Shown: positions 1 to 9,129 of the stretch, one piece after another
Layout of the letters: each line of letters opens with the position of its first letter
Numbering within the stretch: position 1 is the first letter of the stretch
Assembly: GCA_031285625.1 (NCBI GenBank)
Contig: JAITVV010000005.1
Coordinates: 1 to 17,055 of the forward strand
Source of the DNA: Prevotella sp.
Lineage (GTDB): Bacteria; Bacteroidota; Bacteroidia; Bacteroidales; Dysgonomonadaceae
Direction of reading: 5' to 3'
Length of the DNA: 17,055 nucleotides
Program-made: the position numbers and the translations under genes
Notes under the pieces: generated by a model
Seen by the model: the letters and a program-made list of their open reading frames with translations, nothing else
The model's database searches: none
What the model was told of the DNA's origin: nothing

Positions 1-290
1 GGATGGTGCAGATAATATATAATCATTTAATTATGATACACATACAAGATTATTGCAAGTATGTTATTGCTCGAAAAGAACTACATAAAGAGATGGATAA
101 CGATACAAATCACAGATGGGTTTTCGTTCGGAGTTCGAAGACTCTTCCTTGTTTTTATAAATACACTGCTGTCACTTGAATATCGTTATTTTCCTGTCAT
201 TTCTTTATCTTTTCACCCCGTTTTTTTATTACTTTGCATTGAGAAACGGTTTTGATTATCTCATACACCTTTATGAAATTATATAAAACT

Positions 291-2003
291 ATGGATAATA
301 CTCGGGAATTATTATGCTATTCTATTTTTATATTGCTCGTATTCTGCGTTGTTTCGTGCAAAAAGACAGGCAATGCGGATAGGGTATTGACGACAGTAGA
401 AAATATAGTGGAACAATATCCTGATTCAGCACTGATTCTTCTTGATTCGATTTCCAATTCCAATAATTTAAGCGATAAGGAAGAGAATCTTTATCGGCTG
501 TTGCAAATTCAGGCAAAAGATAAAACCTACAAAGACATAACTTCCGATACGGTAATTTTTCAGGTAAGGGATTATTATAAAGAGAAAAATGATGCGGAGT
601 ATTTGGCTTTGGCTTCATTTTATTGTGGGCGAGTGCTGCAATATCAGCAGAAGGATACGCTTGCAATAAATGAGTATTTGCAAGCAGGAATATATGCCGA
701 ACGCACAGAAGATAACATGCTCAAAGGGTTGATAGAAAGTTCTATGGGAGCAATTTTTTCAAGTGAACTCGTCGAGGCGGAAGCAATCAAGCATTTTATG
801 AAAGCCAGCCACTATTTTCATAGAGCCAAGCACACTAAAAACGAAATTATCACTTATAATCAGATAGGTAATGCGTATTTAAAAGGGTCGAAGAATGACA
901 GTGCCTTCTATTATTATAACAAAGGACTTGAATTGGCTAAGGCCACCAATGACAGTTTAGAGATAGCAGCTCTCACACACTGTCTTGGCATTGCATACAG
1001 AGAAACACGTCAGTTTGACTTGGCGGAAAAATATATCAGGGAAGCTTCGAGATACACTAACAACAATGATGATGAAATAAAACAATATTTAAACCTGTCA
1101 AAAACTTTCTATGCAAAGAACGTGCTGGATTCGGCAAAAATATATATCAACAAGTCGTTATCTCTTTTGTCGGACAACGAGAATGCTTTTGTTGCAGCCG
1201 AAATTCATCTAACGCTTTCTGAAATATTGGAAAAACAATCCGACTTTAATCAATCGTTGGATTATTACAAACAATATACTACTTACTTTAAGAAAATTCT
1301 CAGTGAAAACACAGGTAAAGAGATAGCCGATCTTAAGGCAAAATACAATAATGAACGACTGCAAAACGAAAATGGCAGATTAAAAGTCCGTTCACTGCGA
1401 ATTATCTTATTCTCATCGGTTGCATTACTCGTGGGTTGTTTAATAATTTTGGGGTTCTACTTGAAGTCAGTACAACAAAAACGGATTGTACTGAAAAAAG
1501 AAAATGATTTATTGGAAAAAGAAAATGAACTGTTAGAAGCCCGAACAAGAATATCTCAATTAGTAGAGATGGCCGAAAGCTATAATAATAAAGTCGATTC
1601 GGACAGGAATCTGTTGCTGCACCATTTTGATATTTTAAAAAGAGTATCCTTGTTGAAGCAATACTTAAGAGAGGATGATGAGCAATCACAGCGTTTAGTC
1701 AAGAAATTCAACGATATTGTTTACGGACAGGAATCGATGAATTGGGAGCTGCTTTATCAGGATATGAATAGTATACACAATGGATTGTTTGACCGTTTGA
1801 AAGAACAATGTCCCGAACTCGATGAAAACGAATTCCGCATATGTTGTATGGCGTATGCCGGCTTTACCTGTTCCGAAACAGGTATTATTATAGAATTAAG
1901 TACTCATACGGTAGAAATGAAACGCTCTTCCATTCGAAAAAAATTGAGAATAGAGCCAAAAGGTAGTTTGCGAACTTATCTTACATCCCTGTTTGGCTCA
2001 TAA
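291..2003 (+). CDS. Membrane-spanning TPR-repeat sensor/transcriptional regulator with C-terminal LuxR/GerE-like HTH
   Basis: Lipoprotein-like signal (..ILLVFCVVSC), multiple TPR-like helices (e.g. YNQIGNAYLKGSKNDSAFYYYNKGL), one TM segment (IILFSSVALLVGCLIILGFYL), coiled coil, then the C-terminal HTH (PELDENEFRICCMAYAGFTCSETGIIIELSTHTVEMKRSSIRKKL). The track starts at TTG 252; ATG 291 (taaaactATG) gives a normal-length signal peptide, and ATG 273 is an alternative. Confidence 0.85.
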   Translation: MDNTRELLCYSIFILLVFCVVSCKKTGNADRVLTTVENIVEQYPDSALILLDSISNSNNLSDKEENLYRLLQIQAKDKTYKDITSDTVIFQVRDYYKEKNDAEYLALASFYCGRVLQYQQKDTLAINEYLQAGIYAERTEDNMLKGLIESSMGAIFSSELVEAEAIKHFMKASHYFHRAKHTKNEIITYNQIGNAYLKGSKNDSAFYYYNKGLELAKATNDSLEIAALTHCLGIAYRETRQFDLAEKYIREASRYTNNNDDEIKQYLNLSKTFYAKNVLDSAKIYINKSLSLLSDNENAFVAAEIHLTLSEILEKQSDFNQSLDYYKQYTTYFKKILSENTGKEIADLKAKYNNERLQNENGRLKVRSLRIILFSSVALLVGCLIILGFYLKSVQQKRIVLKKENDLLEKENELLEARTRISQLVEMAESYNNKVDSDRNLLLHHFDILKRVSLLKQYLREDDEQSQRLVKKFNDIVYGQESMNWELLYQDMNSIHNGLFDRLKEQCPELDENEFRICCMAYAGFTCSETGIIIELSTHTVEMKRSSIRKKLRIEPKGSLRTYLTSLFGS

Positions 2004-2007
2004 AAAA

Positions 2008-2101
2008 CCATACCCCTACCATATCGGCTATTTTTCAATCACCTATTAATCACCGATCTATCTATTTTCACTCCCCCAAAAAGCCATATCCCTACCATAC
2101 C
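2008..2101 (+). repeat. Two copies of the direct repeat CCATAYCCCTACCATAYC; probable activator binding sites
   Basis: CCATACCCCTACCATATC at 2008-2025 and CCATATCCCTACCATACC at 2084-2101, 76 bp apart. Each copy has an internal CCATA period of 11 bp. The second copy abuts the predicted -33 element. Confidence 0.75.
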
Positions 2102-2104
2102 CTA

Positions 2105-2135
2105 TTGTGACATATAAGTGCTGTTTATAAATTTG
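2105..2135 (+). promoter_or_regulatory. Bacteroidota sigma-A type promoter
   Basis: TTG (2105-2107), 20-nt spacer, TAAATTTG (2128-2135), matching the -33 TTTG / -7 TAnnTTTG consensus. It lies 33 nt before the ATG at 2169. Confidence 0.75.
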
Positions 2136-2168
2136 CCACATCATAACATTATAAACTAACAAAGAGTC

Positions 2169-2531
2169 ATGAAGAAGGTCTTTTTTCTATTATTAATTTT
2201 ATTATCCGCTCATGGAAATATGCTTTATGCAGATGAAAGTAAGAATGTTGAATTGGAAGGAGATTTACTATCTAACGGAACACGCTCCCTTTCCTCTCTT
2301 ATTTCAGCGGTTAGCTATTCGGATTATATAAAAGTAAACTTCGCAATTCCTTTGGATGAAATTTCTATCCGGATCTATGATGAGAGGAATGATATTGTAT
2401 ATGAAGATATGGCGGATATTTCTATTCAAAGCAGTGTAATCAGTACAGTGTTATTTGAAACAGGAACATATAGGATCGAATTTACAAATTCACAAGGCCG
2501 ACATTTAGAAGGAAGCTTTGTGATTAAATGA
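2169..2531 (+). CDS. DUF3244-like secreted small beta-sandwich protein
   Basis: Signal peptide MKKVFFLLLILLSAHG, and the pattern ISIRIYDE..IVYE...GTYRIEFTNSQGRHLEGSFVI typical of Bacteroides DUF3244 proteins, which often neighbour TPR-HTH regulators. Confidence 0.75.
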   Translation: MKKVFFLLLILLSAHGNMLYADESKNVELEGDLLSNGTRSLSSLISAVSYSDYIKVNFAIPLDEISIRIYDERNDIVYEDMADISIQSSVISTVLFETGTYRIEFTNSQGRHLEGSFVIK

Positions 2532-2570
2532 AAAGAACGATCCATCAACACTAACCTTCATAATCAGTTA

Positions 2571-2852
2571 ATGAAAAAGGATTTTGTTGTTGAAAATGAT
2601 TCATGCCTATATATCATAGGAGGGAAACATGAAAGTTTTGTTTTTCAAGCAAATAATATAGTCAAAGTGTGTAATATTTCGATAGACGAATGCTCGATGC
2701 TAATATGTAACAACATAGATTTCATTCGAATAAATAAGCATGTGATTATAAATACAAAATTTTTCAGGCAACTGAATAAAGGAAGAGAAATAGTGATGAA
2801 AAACGGTACGATATTCAAAGTATCACGCCGTTGTGTTTCATTATTTAAATAA
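2571..2852 (+). CDS. Stand-alone LytTR DNA-binding domain protein
   Basis: FIRINKHVIIN and IVMKNGTIFKVSRR match the LytTR motifs F.R.H.S.IVN and L.NG..L.VSR. No receiver domain; 93 aa. Confidence 0.75.
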   Translation: MKKDFVVENDSCLYIIGGKHESFVFQANNIVKVCNISIDECSMLICNNIDFIRINKHVIINTKFFRQLNKGREIVMKNGTIFKVSRRCVSLFK

Positions 2853-2931
2853 TCGGGAAACGTATGTACATACAATAACGGTGATGAGTATCCACCATTA
2901 GCTACTCAACATAATTTTTAATTTTACGATA

Positions 2932-3096
2932 ATGAAAGAAGTAAAATCAATTGAATTTTTGAACGAGATTGACGGACTTGAAAATGTAAGTCTTGACGAA
3001 GTAAAAGGTGGTATATCCTTAGGGTCTTACGCTGGCGGTTGTCCTTCAAATGACCACCAAGTCGTTCAACGCTCGAACGCAATAGCAGTATGCTAA
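2932..3096 (+). CDS. RiPP precursor peptide with double-glycine leader (54 aa, missing from the ORF track)
   Basis: Hand translation: MKEVKSIEFLNEIDGLENVSLDEVKGG|ISLGSYAGGCPSNDHQVVQRSNAIAVC*. The acidic 27-aa leader ends LENVSLDEVKGG. The gene lies directly upstream of the rSAM/SPASM gene and in a cluster with a C39 PCAT. Confidence 0.85.
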   Translation: MKEVKSIEFLNEIDGLENVSLDEVKGGISLGSYAGGCPSNDHQVVQRSNAIAVC

Positions 3097-3112
3097 TGCT
3101 TTGGTAGTGTAA

Positions 3113-3139
3113 AAAGGAGGGTAATTATTATCCTCCTTT
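3113..3139 (+). terminator. Stem-loop between precursor and maturase (partial terminator or mRNA stabiliser)
   Basis: AAAGGAGGGTAA-tta-TTATCCTCCTTT: 12-bp stem with one G:U pair, 16 nt after the precursor stop, and only a short U tail. Confidence 0.7.
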
Positions 3140-3218
3140 CAACATCCAACAATGATGAACTATTAAACAACTATTCTCTGAAGATGTATTTTTTTAAGTT
3201 ATATCAAATGTAAAAAAC

Positions 3219-4538
3219 ATGGAAACTAAAATATATTGGTCACAATTTAATCACATGTTCAATTCTGAAAAATATGGGCATATTCTTTATAATGCAGAAA
3301 CAAATGCTTTTGCTAACATCTCAATTGATTTATACAATTTGTTATTTGCCATAAGTAAAGGTGTAAAAGAGATAGAAGAATTGGATAATGCTACGATTGA
3401 TAATTTACTTCAAAGAAAGATTCTGGTAAAAGATAAGAATGATTATTTATATAGACGTCGGTTAAGGTATTATTTCCAAGCATTTGATACATCAAATTTA
3501 GGATTGGCCGTAGCTCCTACAACTGCATGTAATTTTATATGCCCGTACTGTTATGAAGATAATAAAGTTAATAAATACATGACAGAGGAAATAGAAGATC
3601 TCCTGTTAAAGTTTATCAGTGGGCATAGAAGAACTAATATTCTAAATTTAACGTGGTATGGTGGCGAGCCATTAATGGGGTTTAAATCTATACAAAGAAT
3701 TTTGGACGGATTAAAGAGAATAGATCATATCAAATTGGGTCTTCATAATATGCCTACAAATGGTTATTTGCTAACAAAAGAAGTCAGTCTATTTTTTAAA
3801 GAAAATCCAATGAATAGCATACAAGTGACCATAGATGGTGCAAAAGAACATCATGACAACTTAAGAATGCTTCCCGGTAATTTACCAACTTTTGATAAGA
3901 TCGTTTCGAACTTAGATACATTCATGGACTATAATCCTGATACACCTGTATTTATTAGAATGAATCTTTTAAATGACAATATTGACTCATATGGTAAAAT
4001 ACATCAGGAATTATCTTCGCATTGGAAAGGACGAGATGTATTAATATATCCGGCTTTTGTGAAAGATTTTAGCGATAGCTGCAAATCAAACTGTAACCTT
4101 GTAAGCAGGGAAGAAAAAATAGAGTTTTTTAAGGAGCTAAAAGATAAATATAAAATTGATGTACAATTTAAGCCGCTTAATTCCAGTACCGGATTATGTG
4201 GAGCCACTCATGTGAATTACTATGTAATAGGCCCTGAAGGTGAAATGTACAAATGTTGGAATGATCTTGGAGTGAAAGAGAAAATAATAGGATATATTGA
4301 TGGAAGAGAAAAAAACTATGATGTCTTAACTCGATATTTGGCCGGCCCAACGATTATGGATGATAAAGAATGTCAAGATTGTTCCATTATGCCCATATGT
4401 ACAGGCGGATGCTTATGGGTTAGACATAAGAATCTTTATGAAAATAAAGAACTTGATTATATGTGTTGTACAAGGAAAGATAATCTTGATAAGATTATAG
4501 AACTTCAATATGAAGAAACACTAAAAGCGTCATTATAA
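3219..4538 (+). CDS. Radical SAM/SPASM-domain peptide maturase
   Basis: CxxxCxxC (TACNFICPYC), WYGGEPL, QVTIDG, and SPASM cysteines (CGAT..GEMYKCW..ECQDCSIMPICTGGC..CC). The roughly 85-aa N-terminal extension is consistent with an RRE/PqqD-like leader-binding domain. Confidence 0.93.
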   Translation: METKIYWSQFNHMFNSEKYGHILYNAETNAFANISIDLYNLLFAISKGVKEIEELDNATIDNLLQRKILVKDKNDYLYRRRLRYYFQAFDTSNLGLAVAPTTACNFICPYCYEDNKVNKYMTEEIEDLLLKFISGHRRTNILNLTWYGGEPLMGFKSIQRILDGLKRIDHIKLGLHNMPTNGYLLTKEVSLFFKENPMNSIQVTIDGAKEHHDNLRMLPGNLPTFDKIVSNLDTFMDYNPDTPVFIRMNLLNDNIDSYGKIHQELSSHWKGRDVLIYPAFVKDFSDSCKSNCNLVSREEKIEFFKELKDKYKIDVQFKPLNSSTGLCGATHVNYYVIGPEGEMYKCWNDLGVKEKIIGYIDGREKNYDVLTRYLAGPTIMDDKECQDCSIMPICTGGCLWVRHKNLYENKELDYMCCTRKDNLDKIIELQYEETLKASL

Positions 4539-4559
4539 GAACTATAAAAAATATAAAGG

Positions 4560-6917
4560 ATGAGATCTATACTGCTTTTTTTTGTCATACTCTTATTTTC
4601 AATTACTCCGATTTTTGCACAAATAACCATCAAAGGTAAAGTAACTAATGAAAAGGCATTACCTGTAGATTATTTTACGATTGAGATACTTAATCGTATA
4701 GATTCATCTTTTGTAATGGGGGGAGCATTTGTCGATGGAGAATTTCAAATTGATGATATAAAAAATGAAAAATATATTTTCAAGTTCTCCAGTTTGGGGT
4801 ATTACGACCTAATAAAAATAGATAATGCTCAAACGATAAACAACGGAAACTTTCAGTTGATTGAAAAATCTATATCTCTTGACGAAGTGGTAGTAGTGTC
4901 AAGATTGCCTAAAGTTATTAATAAGGCGGATAAATATGTAGTGGAAGTTGAAAATACCTCTATTAGTGATGCCGGTAATGCTATCAATGCACTTAGCAGG
5001 ACACCTTTTGTCATAGTGGACAGGATAAATAATGAAGTTACAATAGCAGGAAAAGGAACAACATTAATATTGGTAAATGGCAGACGGATAACAAATCAGC
5101 AGGAGCTGGAAATGCTTAATTCACAAGATATTAAAGAAGTTGAAGTTATTGAAAATCCATCAGCCAAATATGAAGCTGAAGGCCACAGTGTTATTAATAT
5201 CATCACAAAGAAAAAAAGTGAACATGGAGTAAATATAAATCTTCAAACTATCTATACGAGAGGCAGGCATAATAGTGGTAAAACATTAGCAGGTTTCACA
5301 TATGCAAAGGAAAGGTTTGTTTTTTATACTCAATATGGTTATAATGCAGATAATAGTGAAGGATTTAATTCTTCTGATGAGAAATATGAAAAAGATGGTC
5401 GTTCTTTCATTATGAAACAAAAGAATCTCGATAATTTATACGAAACACGATTGAATGAATATTCATTGGGAATTAATTACGACCTCACAAAAAATCAAAC
5501 TATTGGAGTGAAATATGACGGATATTATGGAAACATTTATTTCAACACCATAAATAAAATGGATGTAATCTTCAATGGTAACGAAATCCCGACAGAATTA
5601 TCTTACAAAAATGGCAAGAATAAAATTCAAAAAGATGGGATAAACTTAAATTACAATTTTAGCAACAATCTATTTGAAGCATCCTTAATAGGCGATTATA
5701 CAAAATCTAAAGGGAAATCCGGTTTTAATATTGATGAAACGGATAATGATAATAGTTATCACAATTTTAAATTGTATGATTGGCAGGCAGATTATGACTT
5801 GTATTCAGTCCAATTTGATAGCAGGATACCATTAGAAGCGATAGGAGCATCAATAGAAGGAGGAGGCAGATATTCTTATGTTAAGAGCAATAATAACAGT
5901 AATTTTTTTGATAAGGCAGGTAATAGCTGGATATTGAATGATGAATTTAGTAGTCAAGTAGATTTTAATGAAAGTATTTTGGGTACATATGCTTTATTGA
6001 GTGGAAAAATAAAAGATAGAACACAATATTCAATTGGTTTGCGATATGAATATTCAGAAAATAAGAACAAATGGGATGTTAATAATGACTCTATAAATAA
6101 AAATCATACCAGCAATTTTTTTCCGAGCTTACTTATAACACATAGGCTCAAAGATGATCTGTTACTGAGATTATCTTTCTCAAAGCGTATCTCCCGTCCT
6201 TCTTATGAAGTTTTAAATAATACGGTACAATATATTAATTCTTACTCCAATCAACAGGGTAATCCGTATCTTAAATCAGCAATCTATAACACAATTTCAT
6301 TTTCATCTCAAATAAAAAGGATCAACGCTTCTATTAATGCTTCATATATTCAAAACCCGAATGATTTATTGTATTTAAACGATCCAAACCAAATTGAAAG
6401 ATATACATGTATGCGAATAAATACGGAAAACAGGTGGTCGTTTGCCTTTAATCTGAGTTCTTCTTTCTCATATAAAAAATGGAGTATTCAACCCTTTTTT
6501 AGTCTGACATATATGAAAAGAGCAATTATAGAAGACGGCATAAAATATACAACAGATTATCCCGGTATTTATTTAAGCTTGAGAAACAGTTTAAATCTTT
6601 ATAAGAGCCTTGATATGGATTTTGACATGACATATAATAAGCCATCCCATAGCTTTAAAACATTTAACGACCAATATATTTTCAATCTATCTCTCCGACA
6701 AAAATTATTTAAGGATCAATTAACCATACAATTAACGGGTAATTATACACCGACTAAATGGGAACAAAAATTAGACTACAGCTATAAGTATATTGATTTT
6801 GTATGGGATGGAGATGATAGAAAACAGTTAATATTAAGTGTAAAATATAATTTTAATACAGCTAAAAAACAGTTCAAATCGAAGGCGTCCAATATGGAAG
6901 AGCTTAATAGAATGTAA
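4560..6917 (+). CDS. TonB-dependent-receptor-like outer membrane beta-barrel protein
   Basis: Signal peptide, carboxypeptidase-regulatory-like N-domain (ITIKGKV..), LDEVVV, plug motif (IKEVEVIENPSAKYEAEGHSVINIITKK), SKRISRPSY / GNPYLK, and a terminal strand LSVKYNF with a short tail. Confidence 0.88.
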   Translation: MRSILLFFVILLFSITPIFAQITIKGKVTNEKALPVDYFTIEILNRIDSSFVMGGAFVDGEFQIDDIKNEKYIFKFSSLGYYDLIKIDNAQTINNGNFQLIEKSISLDEVVVVSRLPKVINKADKYVVEVENTSISDAGNAINALSRTPFVIVDRINNEVTIAGKGTTLILVNGRRITNQQELEMLNSQDIKEVEVIENPSAKYEAEGHSVINIITKKKSEHGVNINLQTIYTRGRHNSGKTLAGFTYAKERFVFYTQYGYNADNSEGFNSSDEKYEKDGRSFIMKQKNLDNLYETRLNEYSLGINYDLTKNQTIGVKYDGYYGNIYFNTINKMDVIFNGNEIPTELSYKNGKNKIQKDGINLNYNFSNNLFEASLIGDYTKSKGKSGFNIDETDNDNSYHNFKLYDWQADYDLYSVQFDSRIPLEAIGASIEGGGRYSYVKSNNNSNFFDKAGNSWILNDEFSSQVDFNESILGTYALLSGKIKDRTQYSIGLRYEYSENKNKWDVNNDSINKNHTSNFFPSLLITHRLKDDLLLRLSFSKRISRPSYEVLNNTVQYINSYSNQQGNPYLKSAIYNTISFSSQIKRINASINASYIQNPNDLLYLNDPNQIERYTCMRINTENRWSFAFNLSSSFSYKKWSIQPFFSLTYMKRAIIEDGIKYTTDYPGIYLSLRNSLNLYKSLDMDFDMTYNKPSHSFKTFNDQYIFNLSLRQKLFKDQLTIQLTGNYTPTKWEQKLDYSYKYIDFVWDGDDRKQLILSVKYNFNTAKKQFKSKASNMEELNRM

Positions 6918-6927
6918 AAAACAACTC

Positions 6928-9126
6928 ATGAAATTCCCTTTTTACAAGCAGCTTGATGCAATGGATTGTGGGCCGTCATGCCTACGAATGATATCTTCGT
7001 ATTACGGAAAAAAATACTCGTTAAATATGTTCCGTGAACTCTGCTATCAAAGTAAAGATGGTGTTTCATTACAAAATATTAGTTATGCAGCAGAAAAAAT
7101 CGGATTTAAAACAATCGGTGGAAAATTCACTCTTGATATTTTAGTTAATAAAGCACCTCTGCCATGTATTATTTTTTGGGAGCAAAGACATTTTGTTATT
7201 GTATATGATATAAAAAAAAGAGGAAAGGATTATGTCTTCCTGATAGCAGATCCGGGAAAAGGAATAGTCAAATATTCATTAAAAGAATTTCTACCCCATT
7301 GGAGCAATAGTGACTCTATATTAGAAGCAAGAGGAATTGGACTCTTTTTAGAACCAACCGATGAGTTTAGAAATGAAAATAATGAGCAATACATTGAAAA
7401 GAGCACATTCGGATTTTTGACGGGATATTTTTTGAAATACAAAAAATATTTTGGGCAATTGATTTTAGGTCTAATTTTCGGGAGTCTTATTCTGCTAATA
7501 CTACCTTTTCTAACTCAATCAATTGTAGATACAGGTATATCTTCTAAAGATATAAGTTTTATCGTATTGATATTAATAGCCCAATTTACACTATTATTGA
7601 GCAGTACGTTTATTGATTTATTAAGAAGAAGAGTGCTTCTCCATATTAGCACCAGAATAAATATATCACTTATCTCTGATTTCTTTATTAAATTAATGAA
7701 ATTGCCCATGTCTTTCTTTGATACAAAACAAATTGGAGATTTGATTGAACGTGTTGATGATCATGATAGAGTACAGCGATTTCTTACGACCCAGAGCTTA
7801 GGCTTACTATTTTCCGTTTTTAATATCGCTATTTTCGGAATAGTTTTACTGATCTACAACTTGCATATCTTTTTGATATTCCTTATAGGAAGTGTCTTCT
7901 ATTGTATTTGGGTAATACTATTTTTAAACAAAAGAAGATTGCTGGATTATAGAAGATTTGAACAGCAAGGGATAAACAAAGGAAAGGTGTATCAATTGCT
8001 GAATGGCATGCAAGAAATTAAGCAACAAGGATGTGAACAACGGAAGAGATGGGAATGGGAAGAAACACAAGCGGATTTATTCAGTATTGACAACAAATTA
8101 CTATCCTTGCAACAAACACAAAGAGTCGGGTCTATTTTTATATCTGAATTTAGAAATATTCTAATAACATTTACTGCCGCAACTGCTGTAATAACAGGTG
8201 ATATGACACTCGGTATGATGCTTGCTGTTCAATATATCATTGGACAGTTGAATAGTCCGGTAGATCAGGTAATGAATTTTGTATATGATTATCAGGATAT
8301 CAGTATTAGTTTTGAAAGGATGCAAGAAATACATGAAAAAACAAACGAAGAATCTTGTAAAAATGAGATTGTATCCTTGCCTTTAGAAAAGTCGATAAAA
8401 ATAAACAACTTATCTTTTCAGTATGAAGGGCCGACCAGCCCTTTTGTCTTATCGGATATTAATTTAGAAATTCCGGAGGGTAAGGTTACTGCTATTGTAG
8501 GTGCAAGCGGAAGTGGAAAAACTACGCTCTTAAAGTTACTCTTGGGATATTACACACCGATTAAAGGTGATATTTTTATTGGAGATTTACCTCTTTCTCA
8601 ATTTAGTAAAAGATTTTGGCGTGTTCAATGTGGTGCAGTTCTCCAAGATGGATACATCTTTTCTGACACAATAGCAAGGAATATTGCCGTTTCAGACGAT
8701 ACACCGGAAAAAGAAAAACTAATGAAGGCGGTATCTGTGGCAAATATAAAAGAATTCATTCACAAACTCCCATTGTCATTCAATACAATAATAGGACAAG
8801 ATGGGCAGAACCTAAGTCAAGGTCAAAAGCAAAGAATTTTAATATCACGGGCCGTATACAAAGATTCTCCATTTTTATTTTTTGACGAAGCGACAAATTC
8901 TTTGGATGCTAATAATGAAAAAGTAATATTGGAAAATCTGTCTAAGTTTTATAAAGGAAAAACTGTTATAGTTGTCGCTCACCGACTAAGTACAGTTATG
9001 AATGCTGATAAAATAGTCGTTATAAACAATGGTAAAATAGTGGAAGTAGGTACTCATGAAGAATTGACAGCATTGCAGAAGGAATACTTTCATCTTGTCA
9101 AAAATCAGTTGGAGTTAGGTAATTAA
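6928..9126 (+). CDS. Peptidase-containing ABC transporter (C39 PCAT, double-glycine leader exporter)
   Basis: QLDAMDCGPSCL (catalytic Cys), WEQRHFV (His), IADP (Asp), TM domain, Walker A GASGSGKTT, signature LSQGQKQR, Walker B FLFFDEATNSLD, and AHRLST. Confidence 0.96.
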   Translation: MKFPFYKQLDAMDCGPSCLRMISSYYGKKYSLNMFRELCYQSKDGVSLQNISYAAEKIGFKTIGGKFTLDILVNKAPLPCIIFWEQRHFVIVYDIKKRGKDYVFLIADPGKGIVKYSLKEFLPHWSNSDSILEARGIGLFLEPTDEFRNENNEQYIEKSTFGFLTGYFLKYKKYFGQLILGLIFGSLILLILPFLTQSIVDTGISSKDISFIVLILIAQFTLLLSSTFIDLLRRRVLLHISTRINISLISDFFIKLMKLPMSFFDTKQIGDLIERVDDHDRVQRFLTTQSLGLLFSVFNIAIFGIVLLIYNLHIFLIFLIGSVFYCIWVILFLNKRRLLDYRRFEQQGINKGKVYQLLNGMQEIKQQGCEQRKRWEWEETQADLFSIDNKLLSLQQTQRVGSIFISEFRNILITFTAATAVITGDMTLGMMLAVQYIIGQLNSPVDQVMNFVYDYQDISISFERMQEIHEKTNEESCKNEIVSLPLEKSIKINNLSFQYEGPTSPFVLSDINLEIPEGKVTAIVGASGSGKTTLLKLLLGYYTPIKGDIFIGDLPLSQFSKRFWRVQCGAVLQDGYIFSDTIARNIAVSDDTPEKEKLMKAVSVANIKEFIHKLPLSFNTIIGQDGQNLSQGQKQRILISRAVYKDSPFLFFDEATNSLDANNEKVILENLSKFYKGKTVIVVAHRLSTVMNADKIVVINNGKIVEVGTHEELTALQKEYFHLVKNQLELGN

Positions 9127-9129
9127 GTT

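Noticed and set aside
1-26. Possible minus-strand gene start (ATG at 26-24, MIIYYLHH) leaving the window
   Set aside because: Too short to evaluate.
61-255. 64-aa ORF upstream of the TPR regulator
   Set aside because: No recognisable motif, and it runs through T-rich promoter-like sequence (TTACTTTGCA near 229-238); probably spurious.
1495-1528. 21-nt-period repeat AAAAAGAAAATGA (KENDLLE/KENELLE)
   Set aside because: Explained by a one-heptad duplication in a coiled coil; no sign of separate function.
3040-3110. Alternative frames or stop readthrough of the precursor (TGC TAA TGC) that might give a more Cys-rich core
   Set aside because: Other frames give no Cys-rich or otherwise convincing tail, and the hairpin right after the stop fits the 3096 end.
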